DNA of 39,655 nucleotides from Pelomyxa schiedti (lineage: Eukaryota; Protista; Evosea). Location of the stretch: assembly GCA_020536535.1 (NCBI GenBank), contig JAHLWZ010000466.1:1-39655 (forward strand), given 5' to 3'. Shown here piece after piece: positions 38,782 through 39,655 of this stretch; positions within the stretch are counted from its first letter, which is position 1, and each line of letters begins with the position of its first letter. The notes beneath the pieces were generated by a model. It was not told where the DNA came from. It saw only the letters and a list, made by a program, of their open reading frames with translations, and made no database searches. The translations under genes were made by a program, and so were the position numbers.

Positions 38782-39489
38782 GTGTCCACCACCACGACGA
38801 CCACCTCCGCCACCGCGAAACAACGGATCTTGTGGGTGTCGCGTGTTCTGTGGGACCAAGTCGTCGTGCCGTGGGTCCTCCGGCCCGACAGCGTCCCTTA
38901 CGGGGCGGCCTTGGACCCCGAGGTGGTGTCGTGCGTGCTGCGGGTCGGGGAGGCCGCGTTCCCCCTCGTGGCCCTGTGCTGCCGCGCGGTGGCCCCGCGC
39001 CCCGACGCGCCGATGAGGGGGCTGCACAGGACCACCGTGGAGGTCAGCGAGCACTACCGCGCCATCGAGGACGCCGCAGCGGCCAACTGCCCCCGCTGCG
39101 TAGCCTGGATAATCGCACACAACAACAATAACGACGACGACGACGGCGGCGCTGGTGCGGAGCCAGAGGCTGGCGGGAGCAGGAGCAGGAGGAGGAGGCG
39201 TAAGGCCAAGGAGCAGATCGCGGTGGTGACGGGGCTGTGCCGCGGGGGCCACCTGGGCACAGTGAAGGCGTTTGTTGGCAGCCGCGGGGCGTGTGAGTGC
39301 TGGGTGGTGCGGGAGGGAGAGGGCCTGGGGGCCGGGAGGGAAAGTGTGCTCCCGTTGTGGAAAGCACCATCACGTTTGGCGGCTTCTTCAGTGCGAGATA
39401 CAGAGGCCGAAGTGGCTGTGGTGTGTTTGATTTATTATATGTTATTCTTGTATGGGCACGCTACTTTATGGTGTTTTGTGCATAAATAA
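38782..39489 (+). CDS. Lineage-specific hypothetical family member with degenerate ankyrin-like motif; probably truncated
   Basis: GC-rich ORF VSRVLWDQVVVPWVL...AAFPLVALCCR...GLCRGGHLGTVK; no ATG found at the 5' end; runs into AT-rich non-coding sequence. Confidence 0.45.
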   Translation: MSTTTTTTSATAKQRILWVSRVLWDQVVVPWVLRPDSVPYGAALDPEVVSCVLRVGEAAFPLVALCCRAVAPRPDAPMRGLHRTTVEVSEHYRAIEDAAAANCPRCVAWIIAHNNNNDDDDGGAGAEPEAGGSRSRRRRRKAKEQIAVVTGLCRGGHLGTVKAFVGSRGACECWVVREGEGLGAGRESVLPLWKAPSRLAASSVRDTEAEVAVVCLIYYMLFLYGHATLWCFVHK

Positions 39490-39655
39490 ATTCGGAATTT
39501 CACAATAATAATATAAAAACATGAACTAACTGTCAAGTGAAGGGAACATCACTGATGAATTGGAATTCCGTGGCCACAACAACCAACATGGGAACGGAAC
39601 CAATTTTAAGTGAGGAATTCTGGAGTGAAAGGGGAGTCTTCAAACTCACACATGA

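Overview
This is a gene-dense eukaryotic (protist) window with short GT-AG spliceosomal introns (about 40-130 nt, CTAAY/CTGAY/CTCAC-like branch points) and GC-rich low-complexity 5' exons. The style of the expanded hypothetical families at both ends suggests an anaerobic archamoeba such as Pelomyxa (inference, not verified). I rebuilt about 21 intron-containing genes by hand, so exon boundaries are approximate. In order: two frameshifted tandem paralogs of a lineage-specific family, 2-amino-3-ketobutyrate CoA ligase, a coiled-coil protein, a C2-RasGAP, a Ser/Thr kinase, CIA2/MIP18, an ankyrin protein, a Dicer/RIG-I-type DECH helicase with tandem C-terminal dsRBDs, a metallophosphoesterase, a flavoredoxin-2[4Fe-4S] ferredoxin fusion, an RRM-like/TKL kinase (apparently disrupted), a divergent actin, UPRT, a minimal SET protein, a CH-domain/Pro-rich RasGEF, a HIGH-motif nucleotidyltransferase, RPN11, a VAP-like MSP protein, ERH and two unknowns. 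Two 100-N gaps are flanked by exact 121-nt duplications (assembly artefacts). The most interesting items are (1) the stand-alone RLR/Dicer-like helicase with 3-4 dsRBDs and no RNase III, PAZ, CARD or RLR CTD, a candidate dsRNA sensor or split-Dicer component, and (2) the intron-containing, prokaryote-like flavoredoxin-ferredoxin fusion.
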